Part shown: piece by piece, positions 22,719 to 36,924 of the stretch
How positions within the stretch are numbered: the first letter of the stretch is position 1
How the letters are laid out: every line of letters starts with the position of its first letter
Source: Heterodontus francisci
Lineage: Eukaryota
DNA: 64,000 nt
Assembly (NCBI RefSeq): GCF_036365525.1
Contig: NC_090379.1
Coordinates: 110,213,350-110,277,349 of the forward strand
Reading direction: 5' to 3'
Made by a program: the position numbers and the translations under genes
Notes under the pieces: generated by a model
What the model was told of the DNA's origin: nothing
Database searches by the model: none
What the model saw: only the letters and a program-made list of their open reading frames with translations

Positions 22719-25617
22719 ACCCAGGCAGCTTCGGTGTAAAAGCTCAGCGATTCAATTGCCCCCTAGGATACATTGTCAATTATATATTCAGGTTCATATA
22801 TAAAGTACCAAGGAATATTTTTGAAGCAGAACAGCACACTCACTGTCGTTGCAATTACAGTCACAGTTTTCTCTGTGCAATATTTTGCTTTCATTTTCTG
22901 GCAACAAATTGCAACAAATCGATCAAAGGTGAAAGCAACAGTGAACCAGACAGAAATATCTGTGGCTGCAGAAAGCAGGACATGTATGAGAGAACATGCA
23001 GGTGTGGTGTCCAGGTAAGTACCTGGGAAATGAAAATGAATAAGTGTAAACAATATCACATCAGTGAAAACGACCAGTAGATCTGCCATTGCCATGGCCA
23101 CCAGGTAGTGGGTGATACATTTGGAGAGTCCGCACTTTCCTGGTGACAGGATCAGAATGGCCACTGAGTTAACTGAAATAAATGGAACAAAACACAAGAT
23201 AATTATAGTTGCCATCTCAGAAAGCATGAAAATTTCATAGGAACTGAAGGACTTTAGAAGAGGAGTTGGCCATTCAGCCCATCGAACTTGTTATACCATT
23301 CAATTGGATTATGGCTGATCCATACCTTAACTTTATTTATCTGCCTCGGTTCCATAAACTTCAATACTCTTGCTATGCATATACTGCCTGCTATGTTTCC
23401 TGCATGACAGCAGTGACTATGCTTCAAAAATTCTCTATTGGCTGTGAAGCGCTTTGTGATATCTAGCTGTTGTGAAAGCTCATATATAAATGCAAGTCAT
23501 TTACTTCCTTTTTCTTTCTAACAACAATCTCATTTTTGAAATTTTGAATGGACCTAGCCATAACAGCTTTTTTGGGGAGAGAGTTCAAGATTTCCACTAT
23601 TCTTTGTTTGAGATATTGCTTCCTGAAAGCCGAGCTCCAATTTTAAGGTTATGTCTCCTTCTTCTGGACTCCCCCAACAGAGGGAACGGTTTCTCTCCAT
23701 CTACCTTATCAAATCCTTTAATTATCAGAGGCAATTCAACTGTTGACACTTACTCTTCCATATTCAAGGGAATACAAGCTGGGTCGATGCAACCTGTGCT
23801 CATAATTTAATCCTTTCTGCATCGATACCAGTATTGTGAAACTGCGCCTCACCTCCTCCAAGACGAATATATCCTTCCTGAGGTGAGGAGCCCAGAACAG
23901 AATGCAGTTACTTTAAATGGGGTCTAACCAGAGTCTCTACAGCTGTAGCCTAACTTCCACGCCTTTGTATTCCAGCCAACCTTGAAAAAAAGGATAACAT
24001 TCCATTCGACACTTCAATGATTTTTTTAAATATATGTATCAACGAGCTTTGAATGATTTCTGTATTTGAACGCAAAAGCTCTCATGTCTCATCCACAGTT
24101 CCTAACTTGTCCTGATTTAGAAAAACTTTGATCTATCCTTCTTCGGTCCAAATTAGATGACCTCACAATTTCCTGTGCTCATTTCCATCTGCCACAGTTT
24201 TGCTCACTCACTTAATTAACTGATGTCCCTTTGCAACTTTCAGCTCCCATCTAACTTTCTGTCATCAGCAACTTAGATACGTGACTCTCTGTTCCATCAT
24301 CCAAGTTATTAATTGATACATTGAAGAACTGAGACTCCCTTATGTATGACATTAGTTACTGTCTCAAAAAATTCAATGAGGTTAGACATGATTGTCCATT
24401 TACAAATCTAGTTACAGATAGGGATCCCAGTGAGCAAAGGAGTTACATATAATAATCTGAGAGGCAAAAAATTCCCGCTATTGATAACATGGAAAAGGCA
24501 AATATAGCTAGGGATTTAAGAGAGCATAGGACTTATGGACTTGGATCCCAAAAGCAATACATGTTTGTGAAAAATGTAATGGAATTGAAAAAAGAGACTT
24601 GCTTTTAGTAGCACCGTTCATGGCCTCGCCCTTCCCCCACCATCTCCCGCGTCCCACCCCCCCGCCCCGCCCAAAGTGATTTACATCCAACGAAGTGCAT
24701 TTTCCTTTGAAATGTAGTCACTGTTATAATGTAGGAAATGCAGCAGCCAATTTGCACACAGCAAACCCCCATAAACATCAATGTGATAATAACAATGAAT
24801 GCTTCACCATATAGATCATTTGTAAATTTTTCATTATTTTGTTCCGGAGATATTGTTTTGGAAATTGGTAAAGAAAGGATAGCATGAATCCGAGCAAGTA
24901 GCAGACAGGAAGAATCAGGGAAAGAGAAAACGAGGGCACAATGTTTAGTGAAGAAGATGAATTTCAGAATTAAATCAGATTTTGCTGTTGTAACAGAGTT
25001 GAAAGTGTGTGAGCAGAGCAGGAAGATGAGGAGATGGAAGAAAAGCTGATGGTTGATGAACTTGGGTTTCAAAATTGGACAGTTCCTGACAGTTGAAGAG
25101 ACACAACCCTGGTGGTCCAGTTATTTATAGGATAGGGACAGTCTACCTGCTCAAAATATTTCTTCCATAGTATTGAGTGGAATATATCTGGTTAAAAGTC
25201 TTTGGTATGCTGTAATTTGCTGCACCAAGCCTATTTCCTCTTGTCACCATTTATGGTCACACTTTCACACCGACATTTAGTATTGGATCTTCTGATGTAA
25301 ACATTCTGAATGACATTTCCCTATGTAATCAGTTACATTTTACGGTTTGTTGATGAAGCAATTGAATGACTCAAAATGGTTTTTGAACAATGTCTGGAAT
25401 TTATTCTAATAACTGAAATTTGTAAACACTAAAATATGGTTTTGAACAGAATTTGAAAATTCAAAAAGGATACATTTCAAAATAATATAATTAAATTTAC
25501 ATTGCAAAAGGTATTTGTTTACATTAAATTGTTAAGTAGCTTACCAAGAACTCCAACAACTGCAAGAAATGGATAGTAAATGTCTTCTATCTGGTGGAAT
25601 ATTGTTGGTTCACGCAT
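22719..25617 (-). pseudogene. GPR139-like: Truncated duplicate of paralog A (exon 1 25545-25617 intact; exon 2 22719-23172 cut, TAG at 22763-22765)
   Basis: Same 154-aa ORF as 4042-4506; ends at the junction. Confidence 0.88.
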
Positions 25618-25698
25618 TTTCTGTGAGATGTGATAGCTTTTGTCGATGCTGGAGGCAATAGCTCTGCCTAATTGCACAATGCATCCAGAGGAACCTTG

Positions 25699-25743
25699 TA
25701 TTTATACAGAAGGGAAATCTCTAGTGACATGCCTGTTGCATCA
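25699..25743 (-). promoter_or_regulatory. Duplicate of the paralog A promoter module
   Basis: Same sequence as 6978-7022. Confidence 0.65.
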
Positions 25744-28637
25744 TCATTACTATTAATTACAATTAATTGAACAAACAAGTGGAATCAATCATGTGAAAAC
25801 TTATATACGCATCATGGAATAAAATGTATTTAACTAGAGCTTACACAGACTTACAGTAAGATATTCCATTGAAAATATAATTGCATGTGAGCCTCCCAGA
25901 GGAAAATTATTGATCTATTAAGCATAGGTAGTTTCATCGATGGTATTGAAATTTTCTGTGGACCGTACCCTCTCAAATCAATATAAAATGTCTGTAATAT
26001 TTGGACAATTTGTAATGTATTTTCTTGTGTATTTGATACCAAAAGAGTTGAAAAAAATAATTTCTCTGCTTTGCAAATCAAGGAACTTCAGTATTAAAAA
26101 AATTAAACTTCTTGAAAACCAGATTTACTATTACAATAAGTAATCATAAAGGGCTTATAAATTATAGATGGTGCTACCTGTGAACACTTGTGTGTTGGAA
26201 CAACAACCTGTATTTCTAAACCACCTGTAACATAGAACAATGTCCCAACGTGCCTTACAGAGACATAATGAAGATGGCACTGAGCAAAAGAATGAGAGAT
26301 GAGGAAGGATGACCAAAGCTTCACCATTTCAAAAACAGGGGGCATAGATTTAAGGTAAGGGGCAGGAGATTTAGAGGGGATTTGAGGATTTTTTCTTTTC
26401 CCAGAGGGTGGTTGGAATCTGGAACACACTGCCTGAAGGGGTGGTAGAGGCAGGAACTCTCACAATATTTAAGAAGTATTTAGATGAGCACTTGAAACGC
26501 GATAACATACAAGGCTACGGGCCAAGTGTTGGAAAATGGGATTAGATTAGATAGGCGCTTGATGGCCATGACGGACATGATGGGCAGAAGGGCCTGTTTC
26601 TGTGCTGTATAATATTGACTCGATGAAAGAGATGGGTTTTAAAGAGGGTCAATGCCTTTGTCACTTACAGATTCAGCCAGGTTACCATCATCCACATTCT
26701 ACGAACTTCAGCTTATCTGAAAATCTACAGTCCAACTGTAAGCCCATACTAGTCCTTTGCACTAAATATCCCTGTCCCTGTTGACCCACATTGGTCTCTG
26801 TTCCTTCCAAGAATGAAATTTAAAATGATCACCCATGTTTAAATTCCTTTGCAGCATCACCTGTCCCTATTGCTGTAACTCCACACCTTCTACCCCAGCC
26901 CAGAATTGTGTTTTTCTCTGACTCTGGTCTTTTGTGCACCTCTCCCTCCATCTGACCCACTTTCATGACCAAGCCTTCACACTCTGGAATTCCCTCCCTT
27001 ATCCCCTCTGCCTCTTTATCTCCCTCTCCTTTTTCAGTCCCCCCATAAAACCCACCTCTTTGACCGAGTTTTTGGTCGCCCTTCTTAATATCTCTTTTAA
27101 TCCAATGCCTTTGTTTGCATGATTATTCCCCTGAAAAGCTATTTGTGATGTTTTTCTATGTTAAAGGTGCCATGTAAATGCAAGTTGCTGCAGTTGTTCT
27201 ATTAGTGTCCGCCTTGTCTCACTAGTGGCACTGATGTTTCTCAGTCTTCATGGTGTTAAGTTGAAGTCCCACTTCAGGACTGAAGTAAAAAACTCATTGA
27301 TGATAATTCGGTGTAGTATTGAAGGAGTGCTGCATTGCCGGTGGTGCTGTCTTTCAGTTAAGACGAGAGACTGAGACCGAGTCAGTCTTCCCAGATGTAC
27401 ATAGAAGAGACCAGGGCATTTTTTTCAAAAAGAACAGGGCCGGTAAAAGAAAGCACTTGCATTTATGCAATGGTTTTCACGACCTCAGGACATTCCAAAG
27501 TAATTTTCATTGAATTAGGTTACTTTTCTCTAAGTTCTCCTGGTTTCCTGGACATTATTTATCACTCAACCAACAACATGGAAAACTGATTATCTGGCAT
27601 CATTAATTTGATGGTGAGCTTGTCTCTTGGCCAATTAAGGGGGCATCCCTGTGAAAATCATATTGACTGCCCTTCACTTCCATCTCCCCCCAACCCCGGG
27701 ACTGGTTTGGCACCTGGAAACACTCCTGACATCGTCACGGCCACCCCGCCGCTCGGCAACAGGACCTCCACTTCAGTATGTAAACTATGTGGGAAATGCA
27801 TGGAAAGGTAATGTAATTGATTTTTGTGAAACGTTCACTTACCTTTCCAGGCAAAGAACAGCCCCAACTCAAACGTAAAATTCCTTTTTTACAGGAGAGA
27901 CAAGCATTCCTTCCTGGGAGAGTTCATTTCCTTGTCTGCAAACCCAAATCTCCAACATCAACTGGCTTTTAGCTGCTCCTGTGGTCTTCTTCACTGCAAA
28001 ATTGAAACTGACATCTTGTTAACAGAAGTCATAAGACTGTCATAAATTCTTCCTGTTGCTTTGATACAAGTTTACAGCCTGCACCTCAAACACAAAATGT
28101 CAACATTCAAGGCTCACTATTGACAGAATGTCCTTTTTTTTCAGTTAGAGGCACACAGACCTCTTAGTGTAAAAAACAAAATTCTTAGGACAACGTCGAT
28201 GCTGACCTTTTGAGAAAGGCAGCTGCCGATATATGAGAAGTGTTCAACCACTTCTAAAGTCTTCCCTTCAATATCAATAGCTGGAGCTTTAAATTCTTGT
28301 CTAGGGAAGGGCTGGTGTCTTGCTCATGTTTAGTTGAGAGATCAAACATTTGTATGCAGAGCTCGAGGTTGGCTTGAATGTCACTTGCAATGTGGGCCAC
28401 AACTGTGCAGTCATCGACATATTGTAAATAGTGGATATGCTGGAGGGTCAACTTAATCTTGGTTGTCAGTTGTTGAGCTTCTCATCAAGTCGAAACTGTG
28501 TCGTCACCCCTTGTGCAAGTTAGCCATAAATTAGTTCCATGAAGAGAGTAGGCACAATCGCACAACCTTGCTTGACGCCCGTCCAGGTACGAATGGGCTC
28601 AGCCTGCAAATCATTGCAAAGTTTGCTGTCATACCAT

Positions 28638-28989
28638 TGGCGCAGTGGTTAGCACCGCAGCCTCACAGCTCCAGGGACCCGGGTTCGATTCTGGGTACTG
28701 CCTGTGCGGAGTTTGCAAGTTCTCCCTGTGTCTGCGTGGGTTTCCTCCGGGTGCTCCGGTTTCCTCCCACATGCCAAAGACTTGCAGGTTGATAGGTTAA
28801 TTGGCCATTATAAATTGCCCCTAGTATGGGTAGATGGTAGGGAAATATATAGGGACAGGTGGGATGTGATAGGAATATGGGATTAGTGTAGGATTAGTAT
28901 AAATGGGTGGTTGATGGTCGGCACAGACTCGGTGGGCCGAAGGGCCTGTTTCAGTGCTGTATCTCTAAAACTAAAACTAAAAACTAAAC
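28638..28989 (+). mobile_element. HE1-like V-SINE, duplicate
   Basis: Copy of 9917-10268. Confidence 0.9.
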
Positions 28990-29042
28990 GATGATGCAGA
29001 AGTCATGCAAGTCTCTGGAAAACTTTCCAAAGGGCTTTGCAA

Positions 29043-29354
29043 TTTTTTTTTATTTAGAGATACAGCACTGAAACAGGCCCTTCAGCCCACCGAGTCTGTG
29101 CCGCCCAACAACCACCCATTTATACTAACCCTACAGTAATCCCATATTCCCTACCACCTACCTACACTAGGGGCAATTTACAATGACCAATTTACCTATC
29201 ACCTGCAAGTCTTTGGCTGTGGGAGGAAACCGGAGCACCCGGCGAAAACCCACGTGGTCACAGGGAGAACTTGCAAACTCCGTACAGGCAGGATCCAAAA
29301 TTGGATCCAGGTCGCTAGAGCTGTGAGGCTGTGGTGCTAACCACTGTGCCGCCC
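29043..29354 (-). mobile_element. HE1-like V-SINE, duplicate
   Basis: Copy of 10322-10633. Confidence 0.9.
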
Positions 29355-32159
29355 CAGGGCTTTGAGATTGATAGAATCAAATGCACTGACAGATCAATAA
29401 AGGTCACGTAGAGCTCTTTGCAATGCTCCACACATTTTTCTTGAATTTGTTGAGCGACCCGGATAATGTCTGCGGTCCCCCTGGATGGTCAGAAATCACA
29501 TTGGGTCTTTGTAAGGATGTCATCGCAGACAGATAAGAGGCAGTTCAGGAGGATTCATGTGAGACATGCCTCTATAATGCCCACAAATCGATTTTTCACC
29601 CCTCTTAAAAAGTGACACAATGATGGCACTATGAAAGTCGGAACGCAGTATCTCTTCTTCCCAGATTTTTGTCAAAAGGTCTGAGAGTTTGAGCAAGATT
29701 TCATGACCAACAGCTTTATAGATCTCTGAAGGAATGTTGTCCTGACCACACACTTTGTTATTTTTCATCTGTTATATAGCCTTTAGTAACTCAGCAAATG
29801 TTGGCAGCATATATAAATTTGATCCTCAAGCTGTTGAGGGATTATTTTAGTGGTTTGTCCAATTCTGTAGCCTTCCGATTGAGAAGGTTTGGGCAGTGCT
29901 CCTTCCAACGGTCTTGGATGGTTGCATCACCTTTGAGAAGAGTATTGCCATCTTCAGCTTGGATGGGGGGATGGACCATTTGTTTTTGGTCTGTAGATGG
30001 TCTTGGTGGCTGGAAGAAGCTGCACATTGTCGTATCTATCTGCGTAACACTGGATTTCATTGGCCTTCTCGACCCACCACTTATTCTTGATGTCATACGT
30101 CATTCTCTGAGCTTATGATTTGATTAGTAAATATTCTTCTCGTTTCTGTTGAGATCTAGGCTGATTTTGACATATAAAGAAGGCTTAGCATTTCTGATTG
30201 AGAAGTTTGTATATTTCTTTTTCTTCCTTGTAAGTCTGTGGTCTGTCCAGCAGTCATTTGCACCCCGCACGGCTCAGGTCAGAATGGTATCCTTCCTATC
30301 CTGGCTCAAATAATGACAGAGTCCAGGAGGTGCCAATGCTTGGATCAGCGATGTTGTCTTGCATTTATCTTTCTGCTGAAAGAGTGTGTTTGTGATGGTG
30401 AGCCCATGGTCAGTGCACTTGGCGAGGAGGAGGAGCCTTTTGATTTTCCCATTCCTACTTTCGCATTGGTGCCCTTCCAGATGGAGTAATTATGTCCAAC
30501 TCTGGCACTAAAGTCTCCCCGTCTTGTTTTGAGACTGCTGCCAGAATAGAATCCAGATCTGCTTAAAAGAGCTCCTTGGTTTCGTCAGTAGAATCGAGAG
30601 TGGGAGCATAAACACTGATGATTGTGGCTTACTGGTTGACACTAAGCTGAAGCCGTAGGCTCATGAGTGATTTATTAATGACAACTGGATGTTCCAAAAG
30701 TATATCTGTGATTCTATTTTTGATGTCAAACCTAACTCCCTGGATACGAATATCCTCCTCTGGTTTCCCTTTGCAGAAGAAAGTGTATCCTCCTCCTTCT
30801 TCTCTAAGCTGGCCTACTGCAGGGTTTCAATGACAACAGCAACATCGATGTTATATCTCATAAGCTCCCGAGAAATTATGGCAGTTCTCCTTTCAGGACA
30901 TTAACTGTTTTGATTGTTAATACAGTCGTGCATGTTCCAGATACAGAAATACATGCGTTTTTTTGCTTGTGTGTCTTTTTGGCCACAAGGATCATGGTCC
31001 CACTGTGTGTGGTTCCCTGGTCAGGACAGTTTGGGACAGCCTATGTTTGTGGCATCTTTTCCAGCCCCTTTCTCAAGTGAGGTGAGCAGAGGGGATCCTC
31101 TGGATTGCTCAGTCATGGATCCTGCTGCTGAGGAGTTACTTCTATCCCAAATCCAAGAGCTCAGTGACCATCAGGCATCCACCACCTACTTGCAGATTTG
31201 TGACCAGAGACATCCAGGTTCACAGCCCTGTGCCCGATGCCACTTGTCCATCGCCAGATGGCTTTTTGGTGTTCCTGGCAGAGGACTGTGTGTGTCATCT
31301 TTTAAAGTGAGGTACTCTGTGCACAGTTGACAATTGCGCAGTCTTGACGGGTTTACATTCTTTACCCAATGGCATGGCAAGCCATGATGACTGGAGAGTA
31401 TCAGTCCCACTGCAGCCTTCATCTGCCTCCACAGCCATTGATGTGAACACATGCCTCATTCATCTGCATGTTCCACCATTGAGGTCTTGAAACGCATGTT
31501 GTTATTGAGGTTCACAAATCTAGATACGCCCATATCAATGTAGCAGAGTCACCTCACTCAGGTTTTAGCTGGTACAGTCTTGGTGGAAAGACAATCAGTG
31601 AGCAGAGCCACTATCAATCCACCTTCCTGGGAAGTGACAACCAATCCCAGTGGAAAGCCCAAGAAAAAGAAATATGGAATGCAGATACAGCAAGCAATTA
31701 GGAAATCAACTGGCATATTGGATTTTATTTAAGGGGACTGGAGTATATGAATAAAGACTTCAAAAGGAAATTGGATGGCCATTTGAAGGAAATAGACTTG
31801 CAGGGCTATGGCAATTAAACGGGGGAGCGGGAATGAGTGACCTTCTCTGTCGTGAGCCAGCATGGACTCAATGGGCCAAATAGTCTCCTGCTGTGCTTTA
31901 AAAGACTCTATGACACTACGTCTTGTGACAATTGTACAAGGCTTTGGTGAGACCACACCTGGAATACTGAAGGAAGGATATACTTGCCTTGGAGGCAGTA
32001 CAGCCAATGTCCACTGGATTGGTCCCTGGGATGAGAGGGTTATCCTGTAATGAGAGGCTGAGTAAATTGGGTCCAAATTGCCTGGACTTTAGAAGAATGA
32101 GTGGTGATCTCATTGAAACATATATATTCTGAAGGGGCTTGGCAGGTAGTCAGAGAGGT

Positions 32160-35100
32160 CTCTTTTACCTTGTTCACATTCATTGCTTTCTATTTCCCTC
32201 CTGGTGTTTGATAAAGTGTCTACCAAAACTCGTTTTCACAGCCACATCTCCTTCCTCAGTGACTGTCTCTGGCTGCAACTTATTCCATGTGGATTCCAAC
32301 TGAAGTTTCATCCTTCATGTTTTGAATCCACCCAGGATTACAGGTATCTCTGAGAAATACAATATTCCTCGGACTGCTGTTCTTGCTGCATCCTGAGATC
32401 CATACTCAGTGCCTTGCACCGCCACATGTACACATTGGACTTCTCTCTCCAGCAGCACCACCTCACCTTATCTCAAAGTTGTTCTGCTCCACAGTTTCTT
32501 TCCATCCTTCGACTTATCTGACACATTCACAGAAAACTTTTTTCTTCCTTTCAGGTGTTAAGGAACACAAACTCCAGCAGCTGATGGGGACTAGTGCCCC
32601 TCCAGATCTTCCTTCCCCTTCACTTCCCTCTGACCCCATCGCTTCTGATCTGACCCCTTGCCGTAAATTCAATATACCTTCTGACCTTCCCCTTGCTGAT
32701 GCTGACCGTTCAGTACTCAGCAAAGGACTCAGTTTTATCCCCTGTCGCCCTCACCTCAATGAATTTCGCGCTCGGCATGACGTTGAGCTCTGCTTCCATC
32801 GCCTTCACCTCTGGGCTTACTTCTTTGACCAGGAGTCCTCCCCCCAACCAGCAGACCCATTCACTGGCCGCCAACATTCTCCCTCCACCTGGACCCCTCC
32901 CTCTGGCCTCTTACCCACTCTTGATCTTTTCGCTGAAAACTGTTGGTGAGACATCGGCCATCTCAGTTTCTCTGCTCCCCTCACTCCCTCGAACCTGTCC
33001 CCCTCTGAACTTGCTGCACACCGTTCTCTTAGGTCAAACCCCGAAATTGTGATCAAAACTGCAGACAAGGGTGGTTCTGTTGCTGTCTGGCGGACCGACT
33101 TCTACCTTGTGGAGGCTGAGCGTCAACTCTTAGACACTTCTTCCTACCTCCCCCTGGATCAAGACCCTACCACCGAACATCAAGCTACTATCCACAGGAA
33201 TTCCACAGACATCATCTCCTCTAGAGATCTTCCCTGTACAGCTTCCAACCTCATAGTCCCACAGACCCGGACAGCCCACTTCTATCTCCTTCCTAAAATC
33301 CACAAACCGGACTGTCCTGGCAGACCCATCGTTTCAGCCTGTTCCTGCCCCACTGAACTTATTTCTTTCTATCTTGACTCTATCTTTTCTCCCCTGGTCC
33401 AGTCTCTTCCCACCTACATCCATGACTATTCTGACGCCCTACGTCATTTTGACAATTTCCAGTTTCCTGGCCCCAACCGCCTCCTCTTCACTATGGTCTC
33501 AGGGCTCTCCACTTCTTCCTTGAACAGAGGCCCAACCAGTCCCCATCCACCACCACCCTCCTCCGCCTGGTTGAACTTGTTCTCACATTGAATAACTTCT
33601 TCTTTAACTCCACTCACTTCATTCAAGTAAAAGGATTTGCTTTGGGTACCCGCATGGGTCCTATTAATGCCTGTCTTTTTTTGGGATATGTTGAACATTC
33701 CTTGTTCAGTCCTACTCAGGGCCCCTCCGTCAACTCTTTTTCCGGTACATTGATGATTGCATTGGTCCTGTTGCCTGCTCCTGCCACGAACTGGAAAACT
33801 TTATCAACTTTGATTCCAATTTCCACCCTTCTCTCACCTTTACATGGTCAATCTCCGACACTTCCCTTCCCTCATCGACTTCTCTGTCTCCATCTCCGGG
33901 GATAGGCTCTCTATTAATATTCATTATAAGCCCACCGACTCCCACAGCTACCTAGACTACACTCTTCACACCCTGCCTCCTGTAAGGACTTCATTCCTTT
34001 CTCCCAGTTTCTCCATCTCCGACGCATCTGCTCTGGTGATGCAACTTTCCACAACAGCGTTTCTGATATGTCCTCCTTTTACCTCAGCCGAGGATTCCAC
34101 CCCACTATGGCTGACAGGGCCCTCAACTGTGACCTGCCCATTTCCTACACTTCTGCCCTCACCCCGTCCCCTCCCTCCCAGAAACATGACAGGGTTCCCC
34201 TTGTCCTCACTTTCCACCCCACCAGCCTCCATATCCATATCATCCTCTGCCATTTCCGCCATGTCCAGCGTGATGTCACTACTAAGCGCAACTTCCCCTT
34301 CCCTGTCAGCATTCCGAAGGGATTGTTCCCTCTGTGACATCCTGGTCCACTCCTCCATTACCCCCAACACCTTGTCTCCTTCCCATGGCACCTTCCCATG
34401 CAATCGCAGGAGGTGTAATACCTGCCCTTTTGCCCCCTGTCTTCTCACTATCCAAGGCCCCAAACACTTCTTTCAGTTGAAGCAGCGATTTACTTGTACT
34501 TCTTTCAAATTAGTCTACTGTATTCGCTGCTCACAATGCGGTCTCCTCTACATTGGGGACACCAATTGCTGATTGGGTGACTGCTTTGTGGAACACCTTC
34601 GCTCAGTCCAAAAACATGACCCCGAGCTTCCTGCCGCTTGCCATTTCAACACACTCCCCTGCTCTCATGCCCACATCTCTGTCCTGGACTTGCGGCAGTG
34701 TTCCAGTGAACATCAACGCAAGCTCGAGGAACAGCATCGCATTTACCGATTAGGTGCGCTACAGCCTGCCGGACTGAACATTGAGTTCAATAATTTCAGA
34801 GCATGACTGGCCCCTTTTTTTTTTAGTTTTCTCTTTTCTTCTTTATTATTTTGATTTTATTTTAGTTTGTTCAATCATTCACTTTTTACCATGTGCCTGA
34901 CCACTGTTTGTTTTCATGATTGTGCTTTTGCCAGGGCTGTTCATTATTCTGTCTTTTAACACCCTCTCTGCACTAACACATTCTCTTTCACGACACAATT
35001 AACACACCCTTTGCCTTTGCTCCATGACCTTCTGGTCAGTTATTCACTGTGACCATCTGTCATATCAACAACTTCCCTTTTGTTATATTTTGCCACACCC

Positions 35101-35272
35101 CCACTTTATTTGCTTAAACCCTATTACATTTCTAACCTTTGGCAGTTCTGATGAAAGATCACTGACCTGAAATGTTAACATTCTCCACAGATGCTGCCAG
35201 ACCTGCTGAGTATTTCCAGCAATTTTTGTTTTTATTTCAGATTTCCAGCATCTGCAGTATTCTGTTTTTTAT
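32160..35272 (+). mobile_element. Penelope-like retroelement, duplicate
   Basis: Copy of 13439-16550. Confidence 0.92.
35144..35179 (+). ncRNA. Minimal hammerhead-like motif, duplicate
   Basis: Copy of 16423-16458. Confidence 0.55.
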
Positions 35273-35547
35273 GGTAGACAGAGAGGTTGTTTCCCTTGGC
35301 TGGGGAATCTAGAACATGGGAGAACAGTCTCAGGATAAGGATCATTTAGGATTGAGATAAGAAGAAATTGCCTCAATCAACGGATTGTGAATCTTTGGAA
35401 TTCTCCTCCCTTGAGGGTTGTGGATGCTCCAACATTGAGTATATTTAAGACTGAGATAGACAGATGTTTGTTCTCCCAGGTATTCAAGGGATATGAGGAG
35501 CTGAGAGGGGGTGGGGGTGGGGGGGTAAGTAGAATTGAAGCCAAAGC

Positions 35548-36472
35548 TGTTACTGACAGGTGATAAGAGGTGTGGGTAGTTCTGACGGTTCATCTTCCAA
35601 CTGACCACAGCAAGTGCTTGTGTTACTAGGGTTTTAACGCCTTTGTGTTTTATTTGTCAAATAATCAGACAGAAACAGGTTTTCCTGTGGGTTCAAAACA
35701 AAAAAGTAACTATTTATTGAACAATATTCATTCGCCAAATTGTTGCTAGCGCCCCCACCGATGCATTCTCTCTCTCTCTCACACACCCATACACAAACAC
35801 AAAAAAGATAGGAAAAGGGGTAAGTGGTTTGAAGTGAGGGAAGTGTTCAGGGTTCATGGTAAAATTGTTGAATTTTCTTGGAGGTCAATTTCTCTTTTAA
35901 AGTTGTGGGCCTGGGTTGTTTCTAGATTTTTCTGATGGTTGAGATTTCAGTCTGGAGATGGTGGTCACTCGCAGTTCCCTACTGCAGCAAGTTGAAGGAT
36001 AGAATTCATAGCAGGGCTCCTTCTTTGGCTTTTGATGGGTGTCACAGCTCCTGGCTGGACAAGCTTTTATGATGTTCTTCTGATTATCTTCTTCTCTCTC
36101 CAGAGAGCTACTTTTTAAGATAAAAGTCTCTCACATGTTGCCTCTGTTGGGAGTCACAGATCCCCCTCCCTATGGTGAATAACAATGGCCAGGATGTGAT
36201 GACTTCACACATTCCTTGTTTCAGAAGAATATATTCAATTCAAAAATGTCTCTTGGTGGCTTTATGATGGGTGTAATTGACACCTCTTAGCTTGGAATGT
36301 ATCCTTTTGCCCTTAACAGACAATAAGACAGTTTGAAAATACAGGCAGGTTGTTTGATCTTCAGTGGCCATTTTGCAGGACATTGACAACTTTTTAAATG
36401 AAAAAGTAAATGTTTCGAACTCTTCAGTTTGGGTTCTGTATTTTCATCATTGCACTTCTTGTGACCGTGACA
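35548..36472 (-). mobile_element. Solo LTR, duplicate
   Basis: Copy of 16826-17750. Confidence 0.65.
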
Positions 36473-36576
36473 AAACTGAACCATGATCATATTAAAAAGT
36501 GGAGCATTCGATGGGCAATATTGCCTACCCCTACTCCTATTTCTTTTGTCCTTCTGTTCTTGTGAAAGGTCGACAC

Positions 36577-36924
36577 AAAGAACAAAAAACAGTACAGCAC
36601 AGGAACAGGCCATTCGGCCCTCCAAGCCTGCGCCGATCTTGATGCCTGCCGAAACTAACACCTTCTGTACTTCCGGGGCCCATATCCCTCTATTCCCTTC
36701 CTATTCATATGTTTGTCAAGATGTCTCTTAAACGCCGCTATCGTATCTGCTTCCACCACCTCCCCTGGCAGCAACTTCCAGGCACTCACCACCCTCTGTG
36801 TAAAAAGCTTGCCTCGCACATCCCCTCTAAACTTTGCCCCTCGCACCTTAAACCTATGTCCCCTAGTAACTGACTCTTCCACCCTGGGAAAAAGCTTCTG
36901 TCCATGTCGCTCATAACTTTGTAA
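36577..36924 (-). mobile_element. CR1/HER1 3' fragment, duplicate
   Basis: Copy of 17855-18202. Confidence 0.85.

Larger units (their letters stand above)
27850..31520 (-). mobile_element. RTE-clade LINE, duplicate
   Basis: Copy of 9130-12800. Confidence 0.8.
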
